DNA of 64,000 bases from Tubulanus polymorphus (taxonomy: Eukaryota; Animalia; Nemertea). Where the stretch lies: assembly GCF_964204645.1 (NCBI RefSeq), contig NC_134030.1, positions 5,684,778 to 5,748,777 on the forward strand, in the 5' to 3' direction. The position numbers and the translations under genes are program-made. Below the pieces are notes generated by a model. The model saw only the letters and a list, made by a program, of their open reading frames with translations, searched no databases and was not told where the DNA came from. Shown here in pieces: positions 24,196 to 39,100 of the stretch. Each line of letters opens with the position of its first letter. The first letter of the stretch is position 1.

Positions 24196-27100
24196 ATGGC
24201 AACGAATGCGGAGAAGATGCCGCCATCGAAAGGTAGAGTCGTATATCTAAATAACTGATCGGTTTGGGGTTTGTTTACATTTTATATTTTGCCTCAGATA
24301 CTGCCAGTAGTTTAGGTGTCATCATCCAGGGCCCATCTCTCTGAATTCAGATTAGTGATTCAAATTCACGGATGAATCATATCATTTGAAAATAATTTGT
24401 AATCCTTTTTTGTGTGATAAATTGACGTTGTATCATTAACCATCGTACTTTCCATGTGGAAATAAGTGTTTTTCCCATAGCTGATCAAATGCGTCATTTG
24501 ATTTTTTTGTTCTGAAAATAGATTTTCCGTAAATATAATGTCACCGTAGCGAATCTCCTTTGCCGAGTCGTTATCGATCTGTGAGAATGGCTGTTGAATC
24601 GGAATTTAGTTCCGCAATGTAACACGCTACACTCGTCAAGGCCACAGATTTGATGTCACTGTTAATGCTGTTACAGCCATCAGCGTTGCAGCGCTATGTA
24701 CTTATTTTATCAATCTCTGCGCAGACTTTTTGGTATACAAATTCGATCGTGGTCTGTGTGGAACGTAATGATTTACTATCATTCAAGATGCGCAGCGTCC
24801 AGTTGAAAATCGGAATCAAGAGAAATGATTTCAGTGAAAATGAACTAGAAAGCTTGCGCTCAATCGGCTAGTGACCGGGCTTTACTAGTTTGACTGAGTT
24901 GAGAGAAATAGAATGGTGAACTGGGACCTGTTAAAAATTACCTTTGTACCCGATAGGGGCAAACCAATCTGCGAAACTGAATTCTTCGCATTTGTCGGAC
25001 ACACTGACTTTGAGTACTATGTAGCTATATACATACAGTGCAGAACGAATGGTCATTATCGCTCAATTTATTATTGATGATGTTATATTGATGTTCTTGT
25101 AATTATTTCACACGGCACGCTGTAAGTTTACGTCTAAATATAGCCAGCGTCTTTCCGACGTTTAGTCGGAGAAAAGGGGGACTCGGGCAGTCTCGAGGGC
25201 GCAGAGCAGAGCAGTAGCGAGAAAGGTTCCATTGTGGGTTCGAACCCTGTTGGTTGCAGCAATTGCATTTCTGCAGGAAAACTTTAGCTCACTGAAAATA
25301 CCACTCAGTTGCATGAAGACTCCACATATAGCCGGCTATATAGCATCCCAATTACACAAATGACGACTCGATATTTCTCCTTTGGGAAACTATAATGAAA
25401 TTTTCCTTTTTTCGCGCTACATAACTGCAACATTATATCAAATACATATTGTGACTCAATACTGCTATCTACTCCAGAGTTCACTGCCTTCATTTTGATC
25501 GGTGGTTGAATGACTTTGATATATATGGAAACGGGAGAGTCTCCCGTAACCTGATATCTTATTGCGTCTGTACGTTGGTTTTGTTGGCTAATTGAGTTTT
25601 TTGAAAGCAAATCGATTGCATCTACTTATTATTGAAACAAAGAGCGTGATCGTGATATCTATATCAGGGCAACCTTGTCCAACTCAGTTTTAAATGGAAC
25701 AGCACTTGACGTTTATGGAAATGGAAGCACTTGGGTGGACGCAGGCATAGTCCTTTGTTCAAGCCCAGCGTACATGTGAGTGCCAAATGTCAATTTTATG
25801 GATCGGTCCTGCAGATTTGAGATATATATTAATGGAATATTCCCCATTAAGAAACAAATTTTTAAAGTTGAGTTACTCAACTCAAACAAACGGGGCAGGG
25901 TGGCTCTCAGTGGAGACTTCCACGTAGGCCAGTGGCAACCATGGTTTGTTGATTTTCAAAGACAAACTGTTGGTTTTGTTTGTTTCCAAACGAACGGTTA
26001 GCCCCGCGGAGAAATTCCGAGTTGTGGATATCTTAATATCAAACAAAGATAATACATGTAGTACGGTGAATAAACTGCTGTTCTGTGGATTAGAGCCAAA
26101 TTGATATTCCCCTACGCTGTCATAATATTTGTAATTTTATCGGGGCTTCAAAGCAGATTAATAGCATATCATTAGATATATGCTTATGTCCTGAAGATCA
26201 AGGAGCCGGTTTGTTTTCCTATAGTTTAAATAAATCTTTGAATAATAGAATGTCGGAATTTTCTATAGAAGGGCCGCCTACAGTTAATGAAGGTAATGTA
26301 ATTTGTCTATATAGATATCGGTTTTAATCATGCAAACCTATAGCGTTTTGTTTGCTTCGAAAATCAACCCCCGGCACATCATGATTTTACTGCATGTCAG
26401 TTGATAAAGGATAGATTTTAATTCTCATGTATCGACGCAGATGAGTGTAATTAATCAAATTTTTCTGCCAGCTGATGTTTGATAACCATATGAATATATC
26501 TAGGTTTGATTTAAGCTTTATTGCTATAGTGACAAACTCAGATTACGCGGTTTCATTAATGAGATTTTTGCTTCAAGCATCACCACACATCTGTTCTGTG
26601 TTTCGCATCCGTACAGCGTCCCGCGTCCTCGGTTGTTCTGGTGACGATGATTCTTAAAAAGTTCTAAAAATGTAGAAAAAGTAACAGAGACTGATACCGA
26701 CAGCATAATATTAAAAAATGTACCAAATTCGGGAAAAAATGTGTATCCGTATTAATCAATCACAGTTGGTTGTTTGTTCGATGACTCGGTGATTCGAGTT
26801 CGTTTTACCGCTTTACGTATATGTCTAAATTGAGTCTTTAGTTGGAAATTTTAGAAAGCTTGCTATTTCGCGTTCCTTCAAAGCAGTTTTTTATTCTTGC
26901 ATCGAGCAAAACGTGGTGAATCGAATCGAACCGCCTCTAGCATTCTATATCTAGACATTGTATCGACAAATCGGTGCACTGTAAGTGGATTGTTTGACCT
27001 GGAATTGGCAAAATACGGCTATAATTAGGAAAATTATGTTGATCTTTTTACAACATACGCCGATACATACATATTACAGACCCCTTTGAGTTCTGTATAC

Positions 27101-30100
27101 CGGTATGTAAGACTGAGTTGATTATCAAAGAAATTGATACTGCATAAAACGAAGGGATATTTCTCGTTATTATGGACCAGAAATTTTGCTATTAGACTGG
27201 GTTTCTGCTATGCTAGGAGAAAATTAGGAATCGAAATGAACACATTGATATTCACGTACAGATTCATGTAGTGGTTTGTTACAGTCATGATATACGCCAT
27301 ATGGCGTAATTCAAGTGCGTCCTCACTGCAATTGTAATTATCACGTATAATGCAGCAGTCAGCCGCCGCCTCCTCCTCCGAGGATTCAGCCATAAAATAA
27401 ATAGTCTATAATCATCTGCCCCTTCAGCACGAAAGCTGACGTAAGGCAGTTACATCAACACAATCTGTCTTGGACTTGACGATGTCGATTTATCGCGATA
27501 CATGCATTGACAACCTATTAGATGCTCAAATATAAATGAGTTGTTTCTTCAAACATTCGTTGGACAGTCTTCAAATATTATAGACGCGCAGCGTGATTAA
27601 TGAAACCAATATATTATATCTAGATACCTTTACTAGTATCTTGTATATATGCATTATCTAGTAGTATAATGTATATGTCGGGAGCTACAATTAGTCGTTT
27701 ATTGGTTAATTATTCATGAAGTGTAGGTTTCTAGGTTGATTATATCTATATGTGTATGTATTGTTATGTAATATGATCTATTTCGAGATTCATAATTTGT
27801 CTCCTATAGCACAACAGGGAGGATGGGTGAGCGCCCTGATCAAACACAGAATGATTTCATTTACACACGATTCATCGTTATCCCCCGCTTCCCGATGGAG
27901 TGATGACGTCACCGGCTCGTCAAAGGCGAAGGTCATTTTCGTAAGTGATCTACCTATTGGAATATTTGATCAGAAGATATCGATTGCTTTTTGACCAGAA
28001 CCGCTATGTAAAAAGCGAAATACAGGCGCGGATAGCGTAACGAAATACAATTTCTATGGCCAGGCAAATTTTTTGGCATGAGACAAAGATATCACCCGTG
28101 GAGCCTGTAATTACACACAAACAAAAAATCAAACAAAGGCTTAAACGCACTAAACAGGGCACTATACTCAAGAGTACTCAATCATTCCGTCAAGTGACCC
28201 GATTTTTGATTCATCTTCCGTTGACGATCTTCACTCACGCGTGCTTCCACTTCTAGTCTGGATGAAGATCCAGTTGCCATAGCGATATCGAAGATTACTA
28301 AATGATTTTTCTTGTTTTGTTGAGTATCACTGCGAGTTAAAGTTGTGAGTGATCGTCTGGTATCGTACGTCACCGCGCGATGTGCATCGTCGCTGTTAAT
28401 TTACAGCAGGCTCGTTTTCAAATACCGTTTCAAATATAACAATGCAGTTAATACAGTCTATAATTTTAAATGGAAAACGCTCGACATGTTTTACGTCGAC
28501 CATCAAGTATAAAACGTCAATAGTTTTTCATTCTAGTTATAGGTATAGGTTTACAATATCGAATCAGCGCCGGGTTTTTTCCAATGAAATATTGAGCTGA
28601 AACATTTGGTAATAGGGTTTGGATTTCTCTCGTTAAAATAATGCAGTCGTGAGTTAATGATGGATTACTGCGCTACAGGTAAAACAAGCCTTTTTTGTGG
28701 TTGCAAGATAGCGTTTTATGATTGTAATTGAATTTAAAACCACGATAATGAATTCGTAATATCTGCCTAATAGGATTAAGTTAGATCACTGAAATGCTTC
28801 CCTTAGTTAACACCTAGATCTATATTTTCATTGATTTCATTGAAGTACTAATTAATTGAGCAGGTGACGTTGCGCTAATTGGCACTAGTTCTCTCGATTA
28901 ACAATGGACACCATTTGGATTGCAGAAATCACAAGTTACGTTTTATGCGTGTAGTTAACAATACCCGCGTTATTGTTACAGTTATCGCACATTAATTCTC
29001 TCAATGCGGTTAAAACTGACAGGTTTGAACCAGACACTCTCTCATTTGCTGTGATTAAACTATACGGACGTGGGAACGTACTCCGATGTTCAGTTCGAAG
29101 ATGTGTTTTGAGACAGTGGGTCATGTAATTCGGGATGTAGCGAATCTAAAGACTCGATAGCGGTAATTATAAGAGTAACAATGATATTTGCGTACGGATT
29201 CCCGCCGTGGGGTCAGACGGATGGCGGCAGGGAATCGATAATTGAAGATGTTGAATACCATGTGATAATTGTACGCGATGTTGAAGATATTGACGGTCAA
29301 TGGCGTGTGGAATTAGCCGTTACCGAGGAAGACGAGGACGCCATTGACACCCGAACGAGTTCGCGAAATGACGGGCTGAAGGAAGGCGTTGATGACGACG
29401 GTCAGCTGGATTTATCAAACGTTTACGATAGTTATGATTCCGGATTATGCGCTGAACCGAATGGAGAGAAATATACCGTAGAAACGAACGATGACGGGAA
29501 AGAAAATGAAACGAATTCGATGAACAAAGATTTGCTTTCTACGCCATCTGACACAGATACATCTTCCGTATCGTCTCAGCATCGTCCAAGTATCGTTCCA
29601 GTCGCTGATCGGTCACAATACCTTATCAGCTCGATAACCGATGAAGCCGGTGATAAGATGTATCATGGTTATGTTATATTACCAAACGCCGATGGTAAGT
29701 ACGACATACCGTCGGCCAGTAAGTGGCCGTCATTCAGAACTGCTATGCGACTGTTACAAGGACGGAAAGTAAATACTGAATCTGAGTCCAATGAAGGAAA
29801 ACAAGAAAGTCGTGCCATGTTTACCAATGAGCCACGAAAGTTAAGCAGTGCTGGCACCAATAACAAGGAAACGAAAAACGATGAGCTGGAAAATCGCGAT
29901 TTCACGGATCAGAGTCCACTGGATGATTCTGCAATAGGTATAAGCGAGCCGGTGGTAGAATTAGAGGTTACGAACAATACGCAGTTGTCTCCCGAACAGC
30001 TAGAAGAGCGAGAAAATCTGGACGAGCTTTACCCAGATTATGTTATCATACATAGACGAGACGTTGAAAAGATGAGAGAGCAACGAGATGAAGAAGATAA

Positions 30101-33100
30101 AGCGGTATTTGAAGGAGTTGACCATGATAAAACGTTCGCGGACAGTGATAAGACTAATGAAAATGTCGACAAAGACAATGAAAAAACTGCTGAAGATAAA
30201 ACCGAATATGATAAACCAGCGATCGAGGAGGTAGGAGATGAAATTGAGCTCGCTGACGATGGAAGGCCTGATGTGGATGAACTAATTGCTAACGTTGAAA
30301 AAACTTCTGAAAATGAAAGTATAACCGGGGATAAAAATCCTACAAACGATTCGGAAAGTAACGCAACAGAAACTCCGGTCGAATTGAATGAAGGCGAAGA
30401 AATAAATGAGACTGAATCAGTTGATGATAGCTCGGTTTCTATAGACAGCGAGTCGACGACGATGGGTTTGGAACCTGAATTAGTTCCCGAGAGAAGAATG
30501 AGCAAATTGGCGGAGTTTGTTTCGATGATACGTAGACTTACTCTAACTAAAACGGACGATGCCACGGACAAGAGCGAATCTACGACGGATGTCGATACTG
30601 ACGTTGCGGAAGAGGAGGCGCATAGCGCCGATGAAAGTACTGATGTTGCCGAAGAAAAACCGACCGACATTATAGGATTCGACGAGATGGGAAATATGTT
30701 CAGACTCATCGGAGCAAAAAAATCGGCGGCAAAACCTAAGAAAAAACGTTCGAAATCATCCGCGAAGCAGCATCACAGGTTAGCATCGTTAATCGAAAAT
30801 AGCGATGATGATGACGATGACGATGACGACGACGAAGCAGACGACGAAGCAGACGTCACCGATGACGATGATACTGACGATACGTACTATAACAGCGAGG
30901 ATTCCTATTGCGAGGGATACTCCAGCAATGAAGATGGAGGTAAATATGAATCGGTAGAAAATCTCTTGAGATCGGTTCAATTCGCTTTTGAATCTTGGAA
31001 TCCTTATGTTTTTAAGATGTATTGGTGTATGCTCGCTCTATCTACTGTTTGTCTCCTTACTGTTGGTTTCGGTCACTGCTCTAATTTTCTCAAACCCCTG
31101 CCTCAAGTTTTCGGTAGATTGCGACAAATCCTTTGATTGAAATCCGCTAAATATGTGGGATTTAAAGCGGGTTTATTTCGTATTATAATGAGTATTGATT
31201 TTAATATTTCGTGACAACATATGTGAGTATAGAATGTTATGGTTTGATAATTTGGCTCAGTAATTAAAACCTTTCAAGTTCAAGTTCTCTACAGTCAGCT
31301 GCGATATGGAGCTTTTTAACAATTTGTTCCTAATATTATACGCACTCGAAAGCTATTTCGTTACACCTTACAGTTTATAGGCAACTTTTTATATTCGGAC
31401 TATTAATGAACACTCTTTTAGAATGGTTCATTCTCGGGTCACTCGAAAACGAATGAGCAACTCGTTCAAAACGTGCCCGCGACGAGACCAGGAGCTTAGT
31501 CGATCTTAAACGTAGATTAAGATAATCTTAGCATATAATCTTTTGCACAATCAAAAAGCCCGGATTTCAAATTAATCCCCTTAAGCTCTCCGATACCGCT
31601 GTTAAAGTCCAACCAAAATAGAAAATGCCACCGTAAAGTTAAGTGTAGTGTTATAGTTATAGTACGCATTGTTATTTGCATGTGCAATTATCATACCTAG
31701 TATTACTTTAGGCTAGGCTTTCACGTTTTGTTCGATGGTTCGCTATTATTATTCCTCTGAATCCACCTGGTAATAAAGCTCTTAAAATCAGTTGAATAGT
31801 CTGGCCGGAAGAATTGTCTTTATTTCGCGCACACACAAGCAATGTTTATTATGGGCAAGGACTTGCTAGGGGGCTTCCCTCTAAATTAAGCGCGAGATAG
31901 TCGAATACTGTCTCAATAGACTCTCAATAGTGTTAGTCGCTAGGCTTGCGTGGTATTTTCGGCTAGAGGATCGCCGTCGAAGGAAGCGAAAACACGATTT
32001 CTAATGGAAAAATAGATCAAGAATGAATTTTTAAACCCTCGACGACTATTTTAAATTCAATGTTTGTCTCTAGAAGTGCCACTGGAGAGCGATACATAAG
32101 TATTTGTTTAGAATAGTACAACAAGGTATATCATTACATTTTTATGGGATTATGGATAGCAGACGGATTTACTTCTACGGAAAACATAAACTGACGACAA
32201 CATCGATCATCGTCAACATATGAAGTTCTATGAATCCAGTGTTTATATGTATGATTCATCGTACACACATGTAGCAGGTGGGAAATTTAAGAAATAGGCA
32301 TAATTTTCGGTTCATTAAAATCGGACTGAATTTGAATTCGAATATGACTGGATGAAATAAGCTGTACAGGTGTATAACACATACACACCGGTGAATAACG
32401 ATTGTCATGACGTGTGCGTGACACGGAAGCGGTTTCGATTTTTCGAATTTTAAAGACGTTAACTGGACCATTGAAGTACTTCTAATGAATTTGTCAAGAT
32501 ATCGAATTGGCTCTGATTGATGGTCATTATATTTTGCCGTTTTAAAATGTGCTGATTGGAAGCTGGTGACTTATTCGAATCGGTCACAATCACTACCGGA
32601 CTTAGATTTGTTTGAAAACTGGGAAGAACTTATACAAAAATGGGCAATTGTAAATCAAAGGACGCTTCGACGGACGCGCTAGAAGATCGTATAGCTGCTA
32701 AAGCAAGTAAGGCTCTGGCGAACGAAGCTAAAAAACAATTGCAAAACCAGTCCGAAATCACGAATCACCAATCGGAAGAATCCGAGGCGATGGTTAAAGA
32801 TGCAAATCACATCAATAACGAACCGGATGTTATAAAGCATACACTGGACGACGTAATGGCCGCTCCGCCACCAGATGAGAAACCGCTCCTCGATGAAGTT
32901 GTGACTGGCGATCTGCTGAAAGAGATCGATTTTGAAACTTCCGGCGTCCATACTTCACCGGCTTCAATCGAAGACGTCGAAATATCGGAGACTATTATAC
33001 AAACAACTGACATTAATCAAAATGACACAGGTGAGGGGAATTATTATCATGATCGTAAATAAATCATCTTTAGGTGAGGATTGGTGTAGGTATTGACACA

Positions 33101-36100
33101 GATTTAGAGGTATAGGCTCAGTTATAAATGGCATATAATGATGCATGTTGGTTATAGGAGTTGTAAATACTTGTTTTGGTGATCAGTTTACTTCTTCGGT
33201 TTTGATTAAATATTCGGTTTGGCACAGTTTCAGGATATAATTATAGGGATTATTTATATGGGCATGGAGCGTATACGTGTGATTGAAATGTCAATAGTGT
33301 TTTGGTTGTCTGCCCATTACCTCGGTTTTAATTCAGGCTTGAAGTTAGGACTCGATATAGCCAGGTCAACAAGCAATAAATTCGGCCACCCGTTTTTTAA
33401 CATACGTAACGATAATTGAATTCAGAAATCGTTTAGGTTCAATGGTCATATGCTACGGCTCCGATCTCGTTTGCTGAAATATTTCAACGAATACGATGAA
33501 GATTATTTATTAGCGTGTGGGGTGTTGACTATCAGATATCTATGCCGATGTAACACGAACATATCTAGCCGCACGGATGCAACAACCTGTTGTTTAGAGC
33601 TGATGTTAACGTAGTTCGAATCAGAGATATACAATTTACAGGTGTATAGACATTATATTCTAGTTCCAGTTAATTTCTAAAGGCAGTCTTTTTATACTTT
33701 CTACGATTGAAATTGGCCGTTAATTAATGCTGAAAGTAAGGTCCAGTGTGTATACTTATAATGGATTGAGCGCTCATTTCCTTTCCTCGGGAATATAGCC
33801 CATCGTATACCATCCATTTTTCTCCGTCCAGCCTCCATTAACCCTGACATCTTCCAACTGGCAGTAATCTGATTTTCAGCATAATAACATATATGTTATT
33901 GAATATACGATCATACAATGCATGGTTGTCGTTTGTGATTTCTTACACATGCATCTTTATCATTATATGTTATTTTTGACTGTATCGTGTGAGATGTTAA
34001 CCATTTTTACATGTCCCAAAATGTTATCTATGTGTTATAATTCGCTTTGGGCAGTTAACATTTGTAATTGTCTTCAAATTTATCTTTTATTCCAAAAAAC
34101 AATCATTTTCAATTTGAAAGTTTTATTTATAATTTATTGTCAATTTGCAAATACGATATATATATATTCTTCACGGAATTAGTCATTTTGCCAGTATGTG
34201 ACATTTACACCGATGATTATAGTAGGGAATAGTGTTTAATTTGAATTCTCATTTGAAATTCAAATCCTTCTAGAATTATTCCTCCGGATAATGAATCATA
34301 ATTCATCGTTGGATTAGCCTCAATATATTATTATATACTAAAAAGTGTTACCAGGTTACAACACGTCGCCCTAGACAAAGAAAAACCATAGAAGTTTAAC
34401 CTAAGTTTACTCTGTTTATGTTCGCAAAATCGATGTAAAATATTTTGTTTAATTTCTCTATCTTTATGAACTTGATAATGTAGAGTTATATCTGAATCCA
34501 GGCATTTCAACCTGTAGTTATATTAGTTAGTGTTCTCTGAGCTCCTTCCCTAGCGCGTAGTTTGATTCTCTAAGTAGCAGGTCTATCATTTATATTATAC
34601 AGTATTCATATACGTAAATCTAACATCAGCAGGAACTAATAGGATTTTTCAGTAGGTTTCTTTTCCCCCTGCCTAATCATTGACCTGTCCGGTGGTAAAA
34701 GGGTTCCATCTGTCACACAATGTTCTTGCTTATATTTCGTTTACAGATGCACAACAGCAACAACTGACAAACGGGAATATCTCCTCCGAACAGGCGGCGA
34801 CGGGTTCCGTAAACGGGGAATTACTCGTCGACACCGCGGCAGCGCAGCCGGCTGCTGCTCCGATAGATGCACCGGTTAAACCAACTGACAAGGATGTTAC
34901 CGCAGACTTACTTTCACTTGATAACAGTAAAGAACCCGATAAATCGGTTTCGGAGTCAAACACGGCTGATTTGTTAGGTCTCAGCGCGAATGTAGATAAA
35001 GGGGAGCCACCATCGCCAGTTCCTTCAACAGTCGCTGGTGCCCCAGTTGATCAAAAACCAGCCGCATCGGTGAAAAGCGAAGCTACTGCCCCCGTTACGG
35101 CTTCGACCGAACACGGATTAGACGCATTTGACCCATTGGCAACTCCTAAACCTTCTCAAACTGACGAGACTAAAACAGCCAGTAGTAGTAATAAAACCAT
35201 TCCATCGAAAAAAGTCGACTCGCCGAAAAAGAGTGGGTTACCGAAACCGAAACAAGTTCAGTCGTCGCCGAAACGATCGGTTAGCACCGAGCCGACGAAA
35301 ACTCGACCGTTGTCAGCATCGACGGATGCGGCCGCCGCCAAGAAATCACCGGCCAAAACGCGCCCAGTTTCAGCATCCGTGGAGGGTGCCGTGAAGGCAA
35401 CACCACATAAACCGCATTCGCCCAAAATGACCCCGACCCCGCGACCGACTACAGCTCCTACCGTATCCAGAAGTCATTCGAGATCAGGTGGATAGATTTT
35501 CTCTTCTTTGCCTCGTGTTCTTGTGCACGCGCATGCCGCACTGTCACTGTTTTTTTTCGATAAAGCACCTTCTCTTTCGCAGAGAAGTGGTCTCCAGGTT
35601 TCTGCGAATTGGGAATCTATGCACCCTTTGAAATTGTACCATGTACTTTGTCATTGTACCATGGACACTAAAACGAGTCTTAGTTTTAGAGTCTATGCAC
35701 CAATCCCAACTGACTGGATTTAGATTATTACCTTTATGATTCAGAACGTCTTCAGCCATGAATATTACTTCCGTGACAGTAAATTGATGTCTTATGTTTT
35801 ATCTAACTCTTAATAATGTTTACCTAGTATATCTGAAAACTTCAGTTTTGATTGTCTAAATCATGATTATTTTGACCAGCGATAGATCGAAAATGAAGTT
35901 TTTATCATTAGCATGCTGCTTATGCTGCGTTTTATGTTCATATATTTCTTTTCGACTTATAAACTAAAAACCGTTTTTGAATACTAATAATAGAAGGTAA
36001 GTCGCACGTAGGTCTCGCTATAACTATGAATATGAAAAAAATGCTTTCAATATTAGCCAATTTACTGATAAATGGTTTTCCATGGCACTATATATCATTT

Positions 36101-39100
36101 AGAAAATAGTTCACATCTTTACGTATTTTTGTATGCACGAAATAACCTAGTGATAATTTATTGCGGATTTCAGAAGCTGACAAAGTTCAGAGCAAATGCG
36201 GCTCGAAAGACAACATCAAACATACCCCAGGTGAGAGAGACACATAATTACGTACGCAATACAAACAAATGCGTAAATTTGCAGTAAAATTACAATTGCT
36301 AATTCGTTTTGAGTGAGTATTTACTCACGTTTTATTTGATGGAGTCTTTGCTCGACTCAATCCACGACAATCAACCGACAAACTCAAACAGGGCAATAAT
36401 AAATGTTAGATTATATTCGAAAAACGTCCAATTGACGAGACTCAATATTTAAACTCTATTTCATTTATGAAAGTGAAAAATTCATATTCTTGTTTACAGG
36501 TGGCGGAAATGTGAAGATCGAATCGAAAAAGTTGGATTTCAAAGGAAAAGCCAAATCAAGAATAGGATCGTTAGATAACGCGACCCATACACCCAAAGGA
36601 GGAGAGAAAAAGGTATTTATAAACCTGATTGATATGAGCTGTGAAAGTATGTAATGGGGAATCCCAACTAACGTGTTATTTGAATATTTCAGATTGAAAG
36701 TAAAAAGCTCGAATGGAAAGTCGAATCCAGAGTTGGATCTCTGCAAAACGCTACTCATAAACCGAAAGGAGGCGATAAAAAGGTAATATAACTTTATTCT
36801 ATTATTCCAAGCCACACATACACACACGGACACACATTTGTTTTTCAGGCGATTAATCCGTTGTATTAATCAGGCTTTTATGTTAACGTTTTTTCGCATG
36901 GAAATTTTTATCCGGCATTTTTAAGCAGAAATCATATCTAACATTGTACATACGGCTAGTTTTATATGCATGTCTGTAACATTGTCACAATTGTTATGAT
37001 GTGGCGGTAACAACAAAATGCACTGAATTATAGTTAAAAAGAATTATTGGCGGTAATTTTTGCGTGCACTTTGCTTGGTAACGGAACGGGTTACAGAAAT
37101 TCGGTGGTCTATTTTGTCGCTGTGTTACTGTGCTCTGCGGTGTCGTTTGACAACATTAACAAGGTAGGCTTCAGCAGATTAGTCTTCAAAATTACCAATA
37201 ATTCGTACGTCGGAGAATGTAAAATGGCGGATGATCTCGAATAAAAAGACGCATTTTAGTTAAATATCATCTTTTGTTATTTCTAGTATGCGGAACATTT
37301 ACCTCCGTTCAAATTTGCTAAGCATTCTTGGGCTAGTCAAAAACAGGTCAGCCGTTATTGCACCTATTGAGCTAACAAAGAATTTTCAAAGCACAAATCG
37401 AAATTCGAAATTCAATTTCAAAATGCTGTATTCTCGATGGAAATAACCGATAGTAAAATAACGGCGCCGTATTTTTTTCATTTCAGCCATTCCCCAAGGC
37501 GTTGAAAGAACTGTACCATATTCACCGGACGATTGTCCTATCGATGATAACTCCGAATATTTCCAAGTCTCAAAGTTTTAGCAACAGTTTCTGCCGTCAC
37601 GTTTCCGTCGATGTTTACAACGTCATCAAAAAACTCGCCGAAAAAGACGACCGCGCCGAAACCTCGGATGAAAACTGTTCGATTTCGGCCATATATCTGA
37701 CGTCATCGCCGCGATTACAGGTGTTCTTCGAAGAGATGGGCGATATGTACGGACTGAGTAACGGACCGTTGCTGGAGAGGTTTTTTCGACACGGACAACT
37801 GGCGCGAGTCGTCGCCACGGAAAATCTACCGTTCGTTATCAAATACAATAAAGTGCGAGAGCTGTTGCAGGTTTCGTACAGTTACGGATTCTGGGATGAG
37901 TACGGCATGCCTCAACACCCGTTTGAGGAATTCTGAATCGTTTTTTTTTTCATTGGAAATTATCAAGGCACCGCCTTTACAGTCATTATTTATAAACTAG
38001 TCAAAAGATTGATGTTAGTGATACCCTTAAAAGTATATTAAAAATCCAATGTTATTTATTTTGAATATTTATTATCGAAGGGTCCTGTCGCCATGGCTTA
38101 ATGGATTGGTCTTTAGGCCAGGAGCTCGCCGCTTAATCAAAAATAGCCTTGCAGAACTGCTTTTCAAGCCGTAATAAGTGATTTTGAATCCGCTAAATGA
38201 ATATAATATATATCGATCGATGCTTTTCGTATTATTTATTGAGACAATTAGAGAAAAGGAGCTATCGTCATCCTTTTTATTTCGTATTTTCGTTCGTACA
38301 ACAATTCCTTTTACAACTCTTTCCTCGAATGTACAGGAGAGCGATTTCGAACTGTGAACTAGTTAAGTGGAAAAAAAGATGTACAGAAACAATGGTTGAC
38401 CAGTATCTAAATATCATATCGATGGCATTTCCTCTGACGCTGTCTTTCTCAAGAGCTTTTCGTTCTATCTCTATTGATGGTGATGTCTTCACGTATTTTA
38501 CCATATATTCCATTTGAAATATTAGTATTTTGTTGGTACACTGCTAAATTATCTTCATGTCATGATTTTTCATTGACTTGCTGCAAATCTCTATAAATAG
38601 GCATATTTTCTTGTTATCGTTTTAGAATTCTAATCCTTCTTCGGTAAGCCGCTGCTGAGCTTTCTTAAAGCATTCATATACTGGAGAGTGGGGGTGTTTA
38701 GTCCTGCCGCCTGTTCCTATGGCATATACTATCACTAGATAATGATTTAAACCGTTAAATCTTAATTTGTGAAAACTTACAAATGCTTTTTCTATGCAGT
38801 CAGTTCTGAAATATTGTACCCATCATCCATTCTGACAAGATATGACGTTTCAAATATGAAATAAACGTTTTTCGTATTTTTAATTGTAATTCATCATAAA
38901 TTTTGTCATCATCGTTATTGATTTGTAAATGAAATAAAGAAAGTTACTATTTATAAGATATATGACGTTTTTGTTAATTTCTTGTTCAGGGAAGGAAATT
39001 TTATTTCTTAACTCCCAGTGTAATATATACATATTGAACTCACAATTTATTTTACTGATTTCGATCGAATTATGATTCGAGCCGTGTATGAAAGTATCCT

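Noticed and set aside
25170-25290. tRNA/SINE-like B-box (gggttcgaaccc); similar hints at about 365-380 and 44060-44140
   Set aside because: No cloverleaf or complete A box could be built; at most decayed SINE fragments.
30038-30709. 223-aa Ser-rich antisense ORF, and similar shadow ORFs at 19421-19855, 20516-20863 and 50832-51901
   Set aside because: These are antisense or alternative-frame shadows of biased coding sequence.
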